DNA of 64,000 nt from Blepharisma stoltei ATCC 30299 (lineage: Eukaryota; Protista; Ciliophora), in contig CBFDEM010000012.1 in NCBI GenBank assembly GCA_965603825.1, positions 124,001-188,000 on the forward strand, in the 5' to 3' direction. The notes below the pieces were generated by a model, which made no database searches, was not told the DNA's origin, and saw nothing but the letters and a program-made list of their open reading frames with translations. Below, piece by piece: positions 1 to 11,835 of the stretch; positions within the stretch are counted from its first letter, which is position 1, and each line of letters starts with the position of its first letter. Both the position numbers and the translations under genes were made by a program.

Positions 1-323
1 TCAATTGCTTGTCTCATCCTTTTACGACTAAGTCCTTGAATTCCGAATCCAGATGGATTCAGCTTTGTAGTGATAATAAGATCATCTCTATCGTACCCTC
101 CTTGCTTTATATTTTTGCCAAGAATTGTTTCAGCAACTCCAAGGCCATAAATCTCAGCAGTATCAAAAAAATTGACTCCATTTCTTATGCATTTATCTGT
201 GCAATTGAAATTTCAATCCTCAGAACCTTCTGCTCAACTACTGGTCATATTCCCGAAACCGAGCACTGAAACTTTTAAGCCTGATATACCAAGATATCGA
301 TATTCCATTGACTCAGTTTCCAT
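1..323 (-). CDS. Kv-beta-like aldo-keto reductase, 5' part (runs off the window start)
   Basis: ATG at 323 gives METESMEYRYLGISGLKVSVLGFGNMTSS[W]AEGSED[W]NF...FFDTAEIYG, collinear with the paralogs at 769 and 2446. In-frame TGA at 234-236 and 213-215 match the paralogs' Trp residues. Confidence 0.9.
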
Positions 324-768
324 TTTTACTCTATTTTATTTTCTCCTGCTTACTAAGGCTTTGTTAAAAAATGGAAACTCGCAAGCTCATCTAATAGTTA
401 CATTTTAATCCTTTATATATTTTATATCGTTTTGGCTATCCATTAATAAAAAGCCTTCTTTATGCTTATCATAGCAATGCTTTATTAATTAATAATTTTT
501 AGTCAAAAATTAAAAAAATACATTTATAAAGTTGTTAATGTTTCTTAGAATGATTGCATGAATCTTAATTTTGGAAATCAAATATTCAATTAGCAAATAG
601 TTAATCAGGTTCCACCTCATAAAAATAGAAATAGACAGCTCGCCATGAAAAGCTTGTTTACTTTTTGGCAATATTTATTTAATAAAAATTATTTTATTTT
701 GTATTGAATTCATTGATTAGCTTTTCTAATTCATATTTTTTAGGAAATTGAATTAATGCTTACTGACT

Positions 769-1809
769 TTATCTTCTTGGAGGATTTGGTGTGAATGTTC
801 TCCAATTCATTGACGGAGCTGGTCTATTACCAAGCAAGTCTTCAATTCTTGTAAGAACTTCTGGGGTCAATTTTTTAATGACTTCAATAGCGCCTATATT
901 GTCATCCATATGATGAGGAGCACTAGCACCTACAATAGCAGTAGACACGTCAGGATTTTTAATTACCCATGCAAGTGCAAGCTGAGATTGAGAGCATCCT
1001 AACTCCTCTGCTAAAGCTTTTAACCCGGTCAAAGTTTTAACAGCCTCTTCTTTTCTGCTCCCAATAAATTTATCGTATCTCTGTTTAAAAAAATTAACAA
1101 ATGGATTGTTTTCAAGTCTTCCAGCTGGAATATTTCCATCATTATATTTTCCAGATAATAGACCTCCGCATAAAGGTGACCAAACTGTAGTTCCAAGCCC
1201 ATATTGGTCAAATAATGGAACATAATCTTTTTCAACAATTTCTCTTTCAAACATATGATATTCGCATTGCTCAACAATTGGTGGAATCCATCCATTGTTT
1301 TCGCAAATTGTAAAACACTCAGAGATCTGCTGAGGAGTAAAGGCAGAAGTTCCCCAGTAGAAAGCTTTATCATTATCAATAATTTCATTCATAATCCTAA
1401 TTGTTTCTTCAAGCGGAACTTCTGGATCAAATCTGTGAAGGTAAAGTACATCAACGTAGTCTAGTTGAAGCCTTTCTAAACAGTGGTCAATTGCTTGTCT
1501 TATCCTTTTGCGACTAAGGCCTTGGATTCCAAATCTTACAGGACTTAGCTTAGTTGTTATAATAAGATCGTCTCTATCCCAACCTCCCTGCTTTATATTA
1601 TTTCCTAATATTTTTTCCGCAACTCCAAGGCCATAACCTTCAGCAGTGTCAAAAAAATTAACACCTCCTCTAATGCATTTATCCATACATTGAAAATTCC
1701 ACTCTTCAGCTCCTTTGTCCCAACTGCTAGTCAAATTTCCAAAGCTTAAAACTGAAACTTTAAGTCCTGAATTCCCAAGATACCGATATTCCATTGACTC
1801 GGACTCCAT
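769..1809 (-). CDS. Kv-beta (AKR6)-like aldo-keto reductase, 346 aa
   Basis: YRYLGNSGLKVS start, FFDTAEGYG (catalytic Asp/Tyr), TTK, LHRFD, WSPL, QLALAW; TAA stop. Confidence 0.93.
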   Translation of the reverse strand: MESESMEYRYLGNSGLKVSVLSFGNLTSSWDKGAEEWNFQCMDKCIRGGVNFFDTAEGYGLGVAEKILGNNIKQGGWDRDDLIITTKLSPVRFGIQGLSRKRIRQAIDHCLERLQLDYVDVLYLHRFDPEVPLEETIRIMNEIIDNDKAFYWGTSAFTPQQISECFTICENNGWIPPIVEQCEYHMFEREIVEKDYVPLFDQYGLGTTVWSPLCGGLLSGKYNDGNIPAGRLENNPFVNFFKQRYDKFIGSRKEEAVKTLTGLKALAEELGCSQSQLALAWVIKNPDVSTAIVGASAPHHMDDNIGAIEVIKKLTPEVLTRIEDLLGNRPAPSMNWRTFTPNPPRR

Positions 1810-2445
1810 CTTACTTTATAATTCTTCTTCAATCAATTTAATTGTAAAACATTAGATAAGAAAACTGAAAGAATTGTTAAAATATTTAATTTTTATCAAG
1901 GAGAAGAGCATTTTTATTTTCATTATTCAATTTTGGCATTTGCTAACTTGGTGAGGGATTTAATAAAATCTATAAAGTGAAGGCATATTAAAGAATAAGC
2001 CATGATCTCAATATTTTCAATTAACTAAAGAATGCTTTTAAAAAATAAAAGAATCAGCTTAAATATTTTTGAGCTTATTTGGTAGGCAATTTATTGAAAA
2101 TGTCAATTATCAATTCTCTCCATGCCAAGTCTAATTCCTCTGGAATATAAAATAAAATTTCAAAATGGTGGATGGTTGCAGTTTAGTAATCTTTTATTTA
2201 TTCAGACATTTGTTATATTTTTTATTTTGCTATTATTTTCTTAATAATGAATGACTTCATAATAATTTACTATTAATATTAAATAATTTGAATTATTTTA
2301 ATAAAATTAAATGCATGCCTTAATAGAAAAACGTTAAACTCAAAAGATATTTTAATATATATATATAGCTATAAACAATTCTTATTTAACGGAAAATGTG
2401 CTTTTATATTTCATAAAGCAATTATTTAGAAATATGCTAATTAAT

Positions 2446-3486
2446 TTATCTCCTTGGAGGATTTGGTGTAAAAGTTCTCCAGTGCATTGATGGAGCTGGT
2501 CTATTCTCAAGCAGCTCTTCAATTCTTGCCAAAATCTCTGGCGACAATTTGTCTAAGACATCAACTGAATTAATATTATCTTCAAGATGATGAGGAGCAC
2601 TAGCTCCCATAATAGCAGTAGAAACATCAGGATTTTTAATTACCCACGCAAGCGCAAGTTGTGCTTGAGTACATCCCAGCTCATCTGCAATAGCTTTTAA
2701 TCCATTCAGAGTCCTTAACGCTGCTTCCTTCCTGCTTCCAATATATTTATCCCAATATTGTTTTAGCATTGGAGCAAATGGGCTGCTTTCAAGTCTCCCA
2801 GGAGGAATATTTCCATCATTATATTTCCCAGATAAAAGACCTCCAGCTAAAGGCGACCAAACTGTAGTCCCTAAACCATATTGATCAAATAAAGGTACAT
2901 AATCTCTCTCAATAATGTCTCTTCTAAACATATGATATTCGCACTGTTCAACGATCGGTGGAATCCATCCATGCTTTTCACAAATTGTGAAACATTCAGA
3001 AATTTGCTGTGGGGTGAAATTAGAAGTTCCCCAATAGAATGCTTTATCGTTGTCGATAATTTCATTAGCAATTCTAATGGTTTCCTCAAGAGGGACTTCA
3101 GCATCAAATCTGTGAAGGTAAATTACATCAACATAGTCAAGCTGCATTCTTTCTAAAGAATGATCAATGGCTTGTCTTAGTCTTTTGCGGCTGAGACCTT
3201 GAATTCCAAAGTTTGAAGGGAAAAACTTAGTTGTGATTATCAGATCGTCTCTATCATAACCTCCTTGCTTTATGTTTCTTCCAAGGATTGTTTCAGCTAT
3301 TCCAAAGCCATAGAATTCAGCTGTGTCAAAAAAATTAACTCCTCTTCTGATGCATTTATCAACACATTGGAAGTTCCATTCTTCAGTTCCATCGGCCCAT
3401 CCACTAGTCATATTTCCAAAACTAACGACAGAAACTTTAAGCCCTGACCTTCCAAGGTAGCGATATTTCATTGACTCAGTCTCCAT
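2446..3486 (-). CDS. Kv-beta-like aldo-keto reductase, 346 aa
   Basis: Same motifs and same length as 769..1809; tandem paralog. Confidence 0.93.
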   Translation of the reverse strand: METESMKYRYLGRSGLKVSVVSFGNMTSGWADGTEEWNFQCVDKCIRRGVNFFDTAEFYGFGIAETILGRNIKQGGYDRDDLIITTKFFPSNFGIQGLSRKRLRQAIDHSLERMQLDYVDVIYLHRFDAEVPLEETIRIANEIIDNDKAFYWGTSNFTPQQISECFTICEKHGWIPPIVEQCEYHMFRRDIIERDYVPLFDQYGLGTTVWSPLAGGLLSGKYNDGNIPPGRLESSPFAPMLKQYWDKYIGSRKEAALRTLNGLKAIADELGCTQAQLALAWVIKNPDVSTAIMGASAPHHLEDNINSVDVLDKLSPEILARIEELLENRPAPSMHWRTFTPNPPRR

Positions 3487-3539
3487 TTTCTAATTTAGTA
3501 TTGTTATTGATTATCAATAAATATTTTTGATAGTAAATA

Positions 3540-3561
3540 TTTATTATTAAAAGTGATGGAT
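3540..3561 (-). promoter_or_regulatory. Conserved upstream element of an AKR gene (copy 1)
   Basis: 22-nt tttattattaaaagtgatggat, identical to 5611-5632, starting 54 nt from the ATG; flanks differ. Confidence 0.45.
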
Positions 3562-3973
3562 CACATGAATATTATCAAATTCAATAGCATTAAATTGAGA
3601 CAAGATTATTTGCCTGAATAAAAGAGCATAATTTGCATAGCTTATTTAATTATTTAAATCAAATTCAAATTTAAAGCCAGAAGCAATGAATTCTCTTAAT
3701 TAGTTTTACGAAACCAAAATTATTCTAAGAATTTATATTTTGTAAATTCTTTAATATTCTCTCATTTGGCCAACAATAATCACTTATTAAAGAGAAATTT
3801 CATTTAAGTCATCTTCTCTGAGTAAAAATTAATTAAATAACTTCAAAATTTTATTTAATTTTTCATTTTAATAAAAGCTTAAATTTGGAACTTAAACTTC
3901 AATAGAAATTATCTAAAGTTACATTTAGCATATTAAAATTGAGAGCCATGATCAAAGTGATTTTATCTACACG

Positions 3974-4091
3974 TTAGAAATTTAATTCTTCAGTTCCATC
4001 AACCCATCCAATAGTCACATTTCCAAAGCCTAAATTAAAACTTTAAGCCCTAAACTTCCAAGATCACGATATTTATTGACTCACTTTCCAT
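3974..4091 (-). pseudogene. Decayed 5' fragment of an AKR paralog
   Basis: Reverse strand reads MESES/KYRDLGSLGLKVL/FGNVTIGWVDGTEELNF* with two frameshifts and a TAA; the rest of the gene is absent. Confidence 0.85.
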
Positions 4092-4515
4092 TCCCCTCTA
4101 TATTCTAGGAATATAAAATCTTTTCTTAAGACATATTTTATTATTATAATTAATACATTATAAGTAATTCTGAGTTTTTAGCTATTTTATTAATACAAAT
4201 GCATGTATTTCATTTGATAATTTTCTCCAAATATTTATAAAAGAAGTCCTATTAAATTCAAAATAGTTTTTTGGTTATGTGCATTACTGAATTGTGTAAG
4301 GTTTATGGAAAAAGTACGGAGATTCTATGTGGGGAAATATATTTAGGATGAAAAACCTCATACAATTTGTACAAGGCATTATTTATAATATAATGAATAG
4401 CTCATTTAAATAGCAACCAACAATAATTGAATTAATTATTTATTAGCAATTTAAAAACATACAATTAATTTATAATGAAGAGCTAAGAAATTATTAAATC
4501 TAATAATTAATATGT

Positions 4516-5556
4516 TTATCTTCTTGGAGTATTTGGTGAGAAATTTCTCCAATTCATAGATGGCGTTGGCCTATTTCCAAGTAGATCTTCAATTCTTGAT
4601 AGTACCTCAGGGGATAGTTTTTCAATCACTTCCACAGAGCCAAGATTGTCTTCAAGCTGAGCAATGGAGCTAGCTCCAGTAATAGCAGTTGATACATCAG
4701 GATTTTTCATCACCCATGCAATAGCTAATTGAGCTTGGCTGCATCTTAATTCATCTGCAATCGCTTTTAATCCCGTTAAAATCTTAACTGCGGCTTCTTT
4801 TCTGTTCCCAATATATTTATCCCACTTTGGTTTTGTAAATGACGCAAATAAGCTATTGTCAAATCTGCCTGCTGAGACATTTCCGTCATTATATCTTCCT
4901 GACAAAATCCCTCCACACAAAGGTGACCATACACTAGTCCCTAGTCCGTACTGATTAAATGAAGGAACATAGTCTCTTTCAACAATTTCTCTTTCAAACA
5001 TATGATATTCACACTGTTCTACAATTGGTGGAATCCATCCATGTTTTTCACAAATCGTGAAACATTCAGAAATTTGCTGAGGAGTAAAGTTAGAAGTTCC
5101 CCAATAGAACGCTTTATCACTGTCTATAATTTCATTAGCAATTCTAATAGATTCCTCTAGTGGGACTTCAGGGTCAAATCTATGCAGGTAAATTATATCA
5201 ACATAATCGAGCTGCATTCTTTCTAAAGAATGATCAATGGCTTGCCTTAGTCTTTTGCGGCTGAGGCCTTGAATTCCAAATTTTGAAGGGAAAAACTTAG
5301 TTGTTATGATGAGATCATCTCTATCATAGCCTCCTTGCTTTAGATTTCTTCCAAGAATTGTTTCAGCAACTCCTGAGCCGTATAATTCAGCTGTATCAAA
5401 AAAATTGACTCCTTTTTTGATGCATTTATCAATACACTGAGAGTTTCATTCTTCTGCTCCTTCTGCCCACCCACTTGTCATGTTTCCAAAGCCAAGAACT
5501 GAAACTTTAAGCCCTGATCTTCCAAGGTAGCGGTATTTCATTGACTCAGCCTCCAT
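4516..5556 (-). CDS. Kv-beta-like aldo-keto reductase, 346 aa
   Basis: ATG at 5556 (MEAESMKYRYLGRSG). One TGA at 5446-5448 is the conserved Trp37 (EEW). Span of 1041 nt equals the paralogs. Confidence 0.93.
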
Positions 5557-5610
5557 CTAATAGTTATTAGATTTCTCTTTTTGACATTAAAATGTGCATG
5601 ATATTAAAAT

Positions 5611-5632
5611 TTTATTATTAAAAGTGATGGAT
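5611..5632 (-). promoter_or_regulatory. Conserved upstream element of an AKR gene (copy 2)
   Basis: Identical to 3540-3561, starting 55 nt from the ATG at 5556. Confidence 0.45.
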
Positions 5633-6052
5633 AATGGCAGCCATAATTGGAGAATATTTTGTAAATTAAAATGCTATTAGGATTTGCTAGAAACTAATCC
5701 TTAAAGAAGTTCGTTTTAAAGAGAATGTTTTTCTTCTTCAGATTTATTTTCTAATTAGTAATAAAATGTAAAATTATTAATAAGAATCACTTAAGCTTCC
5801 GATTAATATTTTTTAATTATTTCACATATAATCAACATAAATCTGTTTATTTCTTATTTTATATTTTTGAATTTTTTCATGCCTAAATGAAAACACATGT
5901 GTCATAATTTTTAACAAAAATAGGGAATGAACAAATAAGAATTTAAAACAAAAAAACACTCAAAATTTATCTATCAATACTCATTATTACTATCCTTCTA
6001 TTTTACCACACATACAAAAATTAACCTTTAATTAACCAAGATAATTACAATC

Positions 6053-9000
6053 TTAATTTAATGCAAAAAGATTGACTACATTACTTGGAGCAAACCTTTG
6101 TCTTCTATAAAACAAAATATAAGCCCTAGATGTTACAATTTCTTTTTCAGCATCTTCAGTTACTGAATAAACTCTGTCATCATCAAAATAAAGCCAAGTT
6201 GATTTTTCTTCAGTTTTATGTAAACAATAGCACGTATAATGCCCTCCTTCTACACTTCCACCAGAATGATTTACTACTGCGAATAAATCATACATACAAT
6301 TTTCTCTTGTAGTACTAACTGTATTCCCAACTGTTTTCTCTGAGCTCAGCATCCATGAGCTAATATCAAGGGACTCTAATGGAAAATTTATAGTATTGCA
6401 GATTTTTTCCAGCCTATTTTTGTTATATCTGAACCTTTTCAAATGGATAATCAAAATATCCGGAACCCTCCATATTTCAGTCTGCCCTACTATTTTCTGC
6501 TCTGGGCATTTTTTGCAAATCATATCTAGCGTTTCCTGCTGTGTAAACTGATGCAAACAGTCATAAATGCTAAAAACATCATAATCTTCAATTTCTCTTG
6601 GTATTACCAGTTTATTATACAACGACATCCTCCAGTACACACAAATGAAAACTTCTTCTGTTTTCTCTTCAAACCACTTAATAGAGTCATTACTATCTAA
6701 AAATTTGCAGCCATTGCAATTTTTCTTTGAACATAATGCACATGCCATTGTTTCATTGCTGAGGACGAATAAGCTCATGCTGTCTTTTAAGTTTTCTGGA
6801 GGATTTTTCACCATTTTTGTGCAGAGCTCTGTAATTTTCATGTACAGTTCTTTCCATGTGTATCAGTTTCCAATTGTTAATAAAATAGGGACGCTGAAAT
6901 ATTCATTGGTTTTGGCTCTTCTTGCGTGGATTATTTTGATTTTCAGAATATTATCGTCGTTTGTAGTATGGTGCCTAAATGGAGCTATATTAGAGCTGTT
7001 AAATTTAGCTACTATAGGAGGTGCGGAGTCGTCTTCTAGCGTAATTTCTATGTGTTTGTCTTTAATTTGTTGTATTTCACCCGCAATTCATCCTTTCCCA
7101 ATGCATAAATAGTCAACAAGCTGGCCGGGCTTTAGCATATCTCTTCAGTTTTCTTCGACAGGCTTTTTTATTGTAGGTTTTCCATCATTTTCGCCTTCTT
7201 CAATAGAAGTGATGATTTCATAAGCGACTAAGCTGACTGATTTTTTGGGTGGGATGCACTCATTGATTTCTGTAGGCTGAAAAACATGAGTAATAAATGA
7301 ATCGTCTATGAAGCCAAATATAAGCTTGCTTGGGCTAACTTGAGTTTTGTTTTGGATGTTTATTAATAATGCTTCTATTGGGTCATCTTTGGCCACTCTT
7401 ATTTTCAATTTTCTATATTTCGTGGAATTTCTGGGGATGAATGTCAAAACTATAGACAAGTCGTTTTCTTTTATTGGGATTGGGACGCTTAAATCCATAA
7501 AATGCTCAAACCTTACTTTTTTGTCACTACAAGAAGGACATGTTAGGCAATTGCGAATTTGACCACCACATAAATCTGAAATTACGCTTCCGCGTTCGCC
7601 TTGAAGCTGCTCCCATTGTTCTCTGCTTGTTTGGATTTCTTGCTGCTGGGAAGGATTTTTTAAAGTTGCAGATTGTGTGATTTTTGCTTCTTCTGATCTT
7701 CTATTTAAATCCTCATGAAGCCCATCAAGTAACATGCTTAAAAACTCATGGCTATCATGCTGGTCATTTCCTTTAAAAATATCATAAACCTTTATGAACT
7801 CAGAAATAAATTTTACAGGCTTAATGCATTTAACCTTGCTTTGCTTTAGCTCTTTTAGCAACCCTCCAAACTCTTTCGCTATTTTCCCTTTAGATCCGTT
7901 TGGATTTGTTGCGTTTATATATGCAATATGAGCTTCACTCGAAAAAAATTCCGAAAATAGCGGGGTATGTGATAAAGGCTGTACAATCGCATTTACATAG
8001 CAAGTATTTCCCATGTTTCATAGCCCAGTTGCTCCTGATACTTCATCATTAGAAATGCATATCCTTGATGGTTTTCTCAGCTTGCTAATATCTTTTTTTA
8101 ATATTTCAATAGGTGTAGGCTTTCAGCTGATTGCGATAATATATTTATTTTCCCTGATTTCTTTTATGTTTCCTGACATCCAATTGTCATTTTCTTGATA
8201 TTCTACAGGATCTCCTTCTTTATATTCTTCAATAATCAGATCTGACGGGACATATTCCTCGTCTGATCTTTTATCTACTAATTCAAATGCACATTTTTTG
8301 ACATCAATTAACCCACATTGCTCTAAGGTTCAATTAGGTTCAAGAGCTTTAAAACCGTCTCCTTCAATCAGACATAGTCTTGGCTCTCCTTCTAAATTTA
8401 ATTTCGACATAAGTTTATCAAGCACAGCTTGGACTCTTTTCTTTTTTGAAAAAACCAGCACTATTGGCTCCTTTGAAAATGATGATGCATTGCTCTTTTT
8501 CACAAGAATATTCAATATTGCAGGATACAGCTCTATTGTCGGTCTATTATTTTCTATTATAACTTCTCTTAAAAACTCAGGTCCTCCTCCATATCAGCTT
8601 ACTAATTTAGTCCACGCTTCATTTGGTATACACAAATACTCTCCTCCATCTCTAATATTTTCAGCTAGCTTAAACGGATTTTCATAACTTCTTAATTCAT
8701 GATTATTAATTTCAATCGGCCTTGCCCCATACATTGCAGATTTCGATCTAATTTTTACATCAGGCGGCGAGTCAATATCTTCTGGCTCTTCATACTCAAA
8801 ATCCACGTACTTTCTCCACGCTTCAAATCATCTATAAGAAATAACGTTCCATTTATCGCCTTCTCTGAGTCCAATTCTCTCATATTCTCTCAAAATATTT
8901 TTAATTATTTCTTTTTCACTAATTGGTGAAGGAATAATTTCAAAATATTCCATAACTTTCCGCAATTCTAAATGCTCAATTGCTCAGAGCTTAAAATCGT

Positions 9001-9517
9001 CAAACATTAGAGGTTTTCCGTCTTTTAAGCAGGCTTCAAAAATATTTGTCACGTCTGAAGCAGAAGAGGAGGTCGGTAGCCTTATAGCATTGGAGCAATG
9101 TCTTTGTAAAGCTTGGAGGTCTTTGCCTTGCAAATAGCCTTTGCTGGTAATGTCGAAAATTTTGAAAATAAACCGACATTTGTCCTCGCTTCGGCCTAAT
9201 ACATATTGAGAGATCGTCAAACAGAAATTTTGTCAGGTAATTTTATCGATATTGTTTGAACAAAAAAGCTGAAAAGCAGATTTGACGACGGGGACAGGGA
9301 GTTGGGAGATAAGAGGGAGCATACTTTTGAATCCTTTGAGATCTAGACCACCGTTGAGTTGGATTGCTTTGAATTTATCTTGCAAAAGTTTTACTTGGGC
9401 AGTTCCTAAGCGGTCTAATAAAGCGTTTTGCTCACCTGCTTTGACTTGGAGTGGAGGGTTACCGGACTTTTGGACGAGTTTAGGCTTGGGTTTAGCACAA
9501 GAACACACATTTCCCAT
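6053..9517 (-). CDS. USP32-like ubiquitin-specific protease (lipidation motif, EF-hands, DUSP, UBL, USP domain), 1154 aa
   Basis: Six track ORFs share one frame, separated only by TGA. MGNVCSC N-terminus, FKIFDITSKGYL EF-hand, DUSP (WNVISYR[W]FEAWRKYV; LVS[W]YGGGP), Cys box GL[W]NMGNTCYVN, QHDSHEF, His box VVNHSG..GGHY, AYILFY. Confidence 0.92.
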
Positions 9518-9651
9518 GTTTTAGTCTGAGATAAATTATTATAGTATATTAGAGCTTACTCTAAAGACACTTTATGCTAATTGTTTACACAATTTTTTGA
9601 GATAAGGATATGTGAGAAAAGCTTCAAATTTATATTAGTAAAATATTTTGG

Positions 9652-11451
9652 TTAAAGTGTGTCTTTTCTTGGAGAATAGTCAAGCTGCTCATGGATAATT
9701 TTCTCCATATGGTTTTTAAGCTGTTCTCTATTCACTTCTTCTTTTCTCAATGGAAATGCCAGAGTTTGAAGCTTGTGGAGCAACTCTTCTATTTCTGCTG
9801 CATTTTCGTCCATTTTGTCGATAATTTTTTGAGTATTTTCTTCAGTATCAATTAAAGGAGTTTTCGCTTCTCCAATGATCAATTTTTTAAATACATCTTT
9901 AGATCGCTTTTCTGCTTAGCTTTTACCCTTAACTTCTTTGTCAATGTCTCTTAAACTCTGTCTTTTTTTCTTGAGCACTGAAGATGAAGGAGACGACGGA
10001 GTGCCAGCCTCCTCTTTTTGCAAATCTTGCTCTTCATCAGACTCACCATCCTTCTTCGGAGGTCTCTCTGAAAGCGAGCCGAACCCTGACTGTATAATTG
10101 CAATAAAAATGTTATGAACACAGCTGCATAAATTTTACCAAATAAAGAAAACAATAAAAGTATACATATAAAGCTGCCCTAAGAAGCTATTCACCTCATA
10201 AGCTCCGCTGAAAAACGCATAAACTGAGTCACCGTTGATTAAAGCAAAAGCAGCGACCATTGATTGAGTTGTCGTTGTATAAATGCCTGATTTCCAAAAT
10301 AAGCACATAGCTAGAAAGACATATGCCATGAAAATTGGAAGAATTCCAACTAAATACGGGCCAAGAGTCGAAAAGCTTCGCTTTAATGTATTTATGATTG
10401 TATAAGTTTTAGAAGTATGATCAAGATACTGAACAATCCCGACTCAGGCACAAAATGTTCCAAGACCGATTAGAACGTCATGGACTTTTAAAAACGTCCC
10501 ATCATCAATTACTGTGATAATTCCTGAAAAAAATTGGGTGATATTTCCGATAATATTAAATAAAATCCAAAAATTCCCAAGTTTCAGCTTATCATGGAAG
10601 CTTAAACTTTCCCAGGCATACCGAAAATCTGTCGGGCCTTGTCTAACTTTAGAAATAATCATCACTCGTTTCATGATATAGTATCATATAGATACCATAG
10701 AGATAATTGAGAGTAAGATTACAGCGAATCCAATTCATACGTATTTTTTCATAGGGTTGACTGCTTATTAATTACATATTTCACTTTTGCAAAAACTTCT
10801 GTCTGTTGCCATAGAGACATCAATAGGTCCATGATTGGAATAATCGTAATCTTGTCTAATAGTCCACAAATAGCAGGTTGAAGCTGTTGGGATTTTTGAA
10901 TTTAAGTGATGGTAAAACGAAAAACTCAGCTCAAACCTCTTCACTTTTTTTAAAAAATCCTTTGTACTTTCTTTAGATGTAAATGGTCCTAGATATTGCG
11001 GAGTAAGCTTGTATTCGTGAGTATACCCGTCGCTGTGTGCATTTTCGTAGTTTATGTATTTCACCATCAATTTTACAGGCTTTTTGTCTCCATCGTCTGT
11101 ATAGTCGTAAGAGTAATTATCAATGGTGAAGCTATTGATGTCGAAATATCGTGTGACTGTTTGCTCAACATAACTCATAAGTTCTTCAGGGCTAAATATA
11201 TTATATGAATTTGTTATGCTTGTATCACTGCCCTGCACATTATCATTACAAAACAATTTATTCCACTGGAGGTATTGGGAATATGAATAGGTGGAATTTT
11301 CAAGGACGATCAATAGGGTTTGACAAGTAGTCATAGCAACTAGCAAAAAGTGTATTACAATTTTTCACGGAAAAATCCCGTATTTTTCGTATTTTTCAAT
11401 AGGTGGCATGTAAAGCCGCTCCTTAAGAGTCATTTGCTCTTTAGAAGACAT
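9652..11451 (-). CDS. MCOLN: Mucolipin/TRPML-type cation channel, 584 aa after removing three 15-nt introns
   Basis: N-terminal MPPIEKYEKYGIFP[W]KIVIHFLLV (mucolipin-like), large luminal loop, pore FALINGDSVY, S6 FFICCVHNIFIAIIQ. Frame is continuous with TGA=Trp and three spliced introns. Confidence 0.88.
9912..9926 (-). other. 15-nt spliceosomal intron (gtaaaagctaagcag)
   Basis: GT..AG, A at position 10; removes an in-frame TAA in the TRPML gene. Confidence 0.85.
10124..10138 (-). other. 15-nt spliceosomal intron (gtaaaatttatgcag)
   Basis: GT..AG, A at position 10; removes an in-frame TAA and restores the S6 helix. Confidence 0.92.
10761..10775 (-). other. 15-nt spliceosomal intron (gtaattaataagcag)
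   Basis: GT..AG, A at position 10; removes in-frame TAA TAA. Confidence 0.92.
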
Positions 11452-11835
11452 TTTATTGAAAATTGCAACAAAATAAAGTGATTGGTATTTATTGTGAAAT
11501 TAATAAAAATTTAAACGTCTTCTTTTACCACTTCTTATAGTTTATTAAATCAAAAATATAATTTTAATAAACTTAAGTTATACAATTTTTGAAATTTTAG
11601 TTCAAATAAATAATTATAAAAATAAGCATTTTTATTATGTGACTACTTTTAGCTCTTTCATTAAAATTGATAGCAAATATAATATTTTCAGCGAATTTAA
11701 TGAAGGCTTATTTATATGATTTAAATAATAATAATTTTTGGTTAGTCATTTAATTTTAATTACTACTTAATAAAGCGTTAAAATCTTTTTCATCATTAAT
11801 TCTCTTGAATTTTTATAAAAAGCTATATTTTATAA

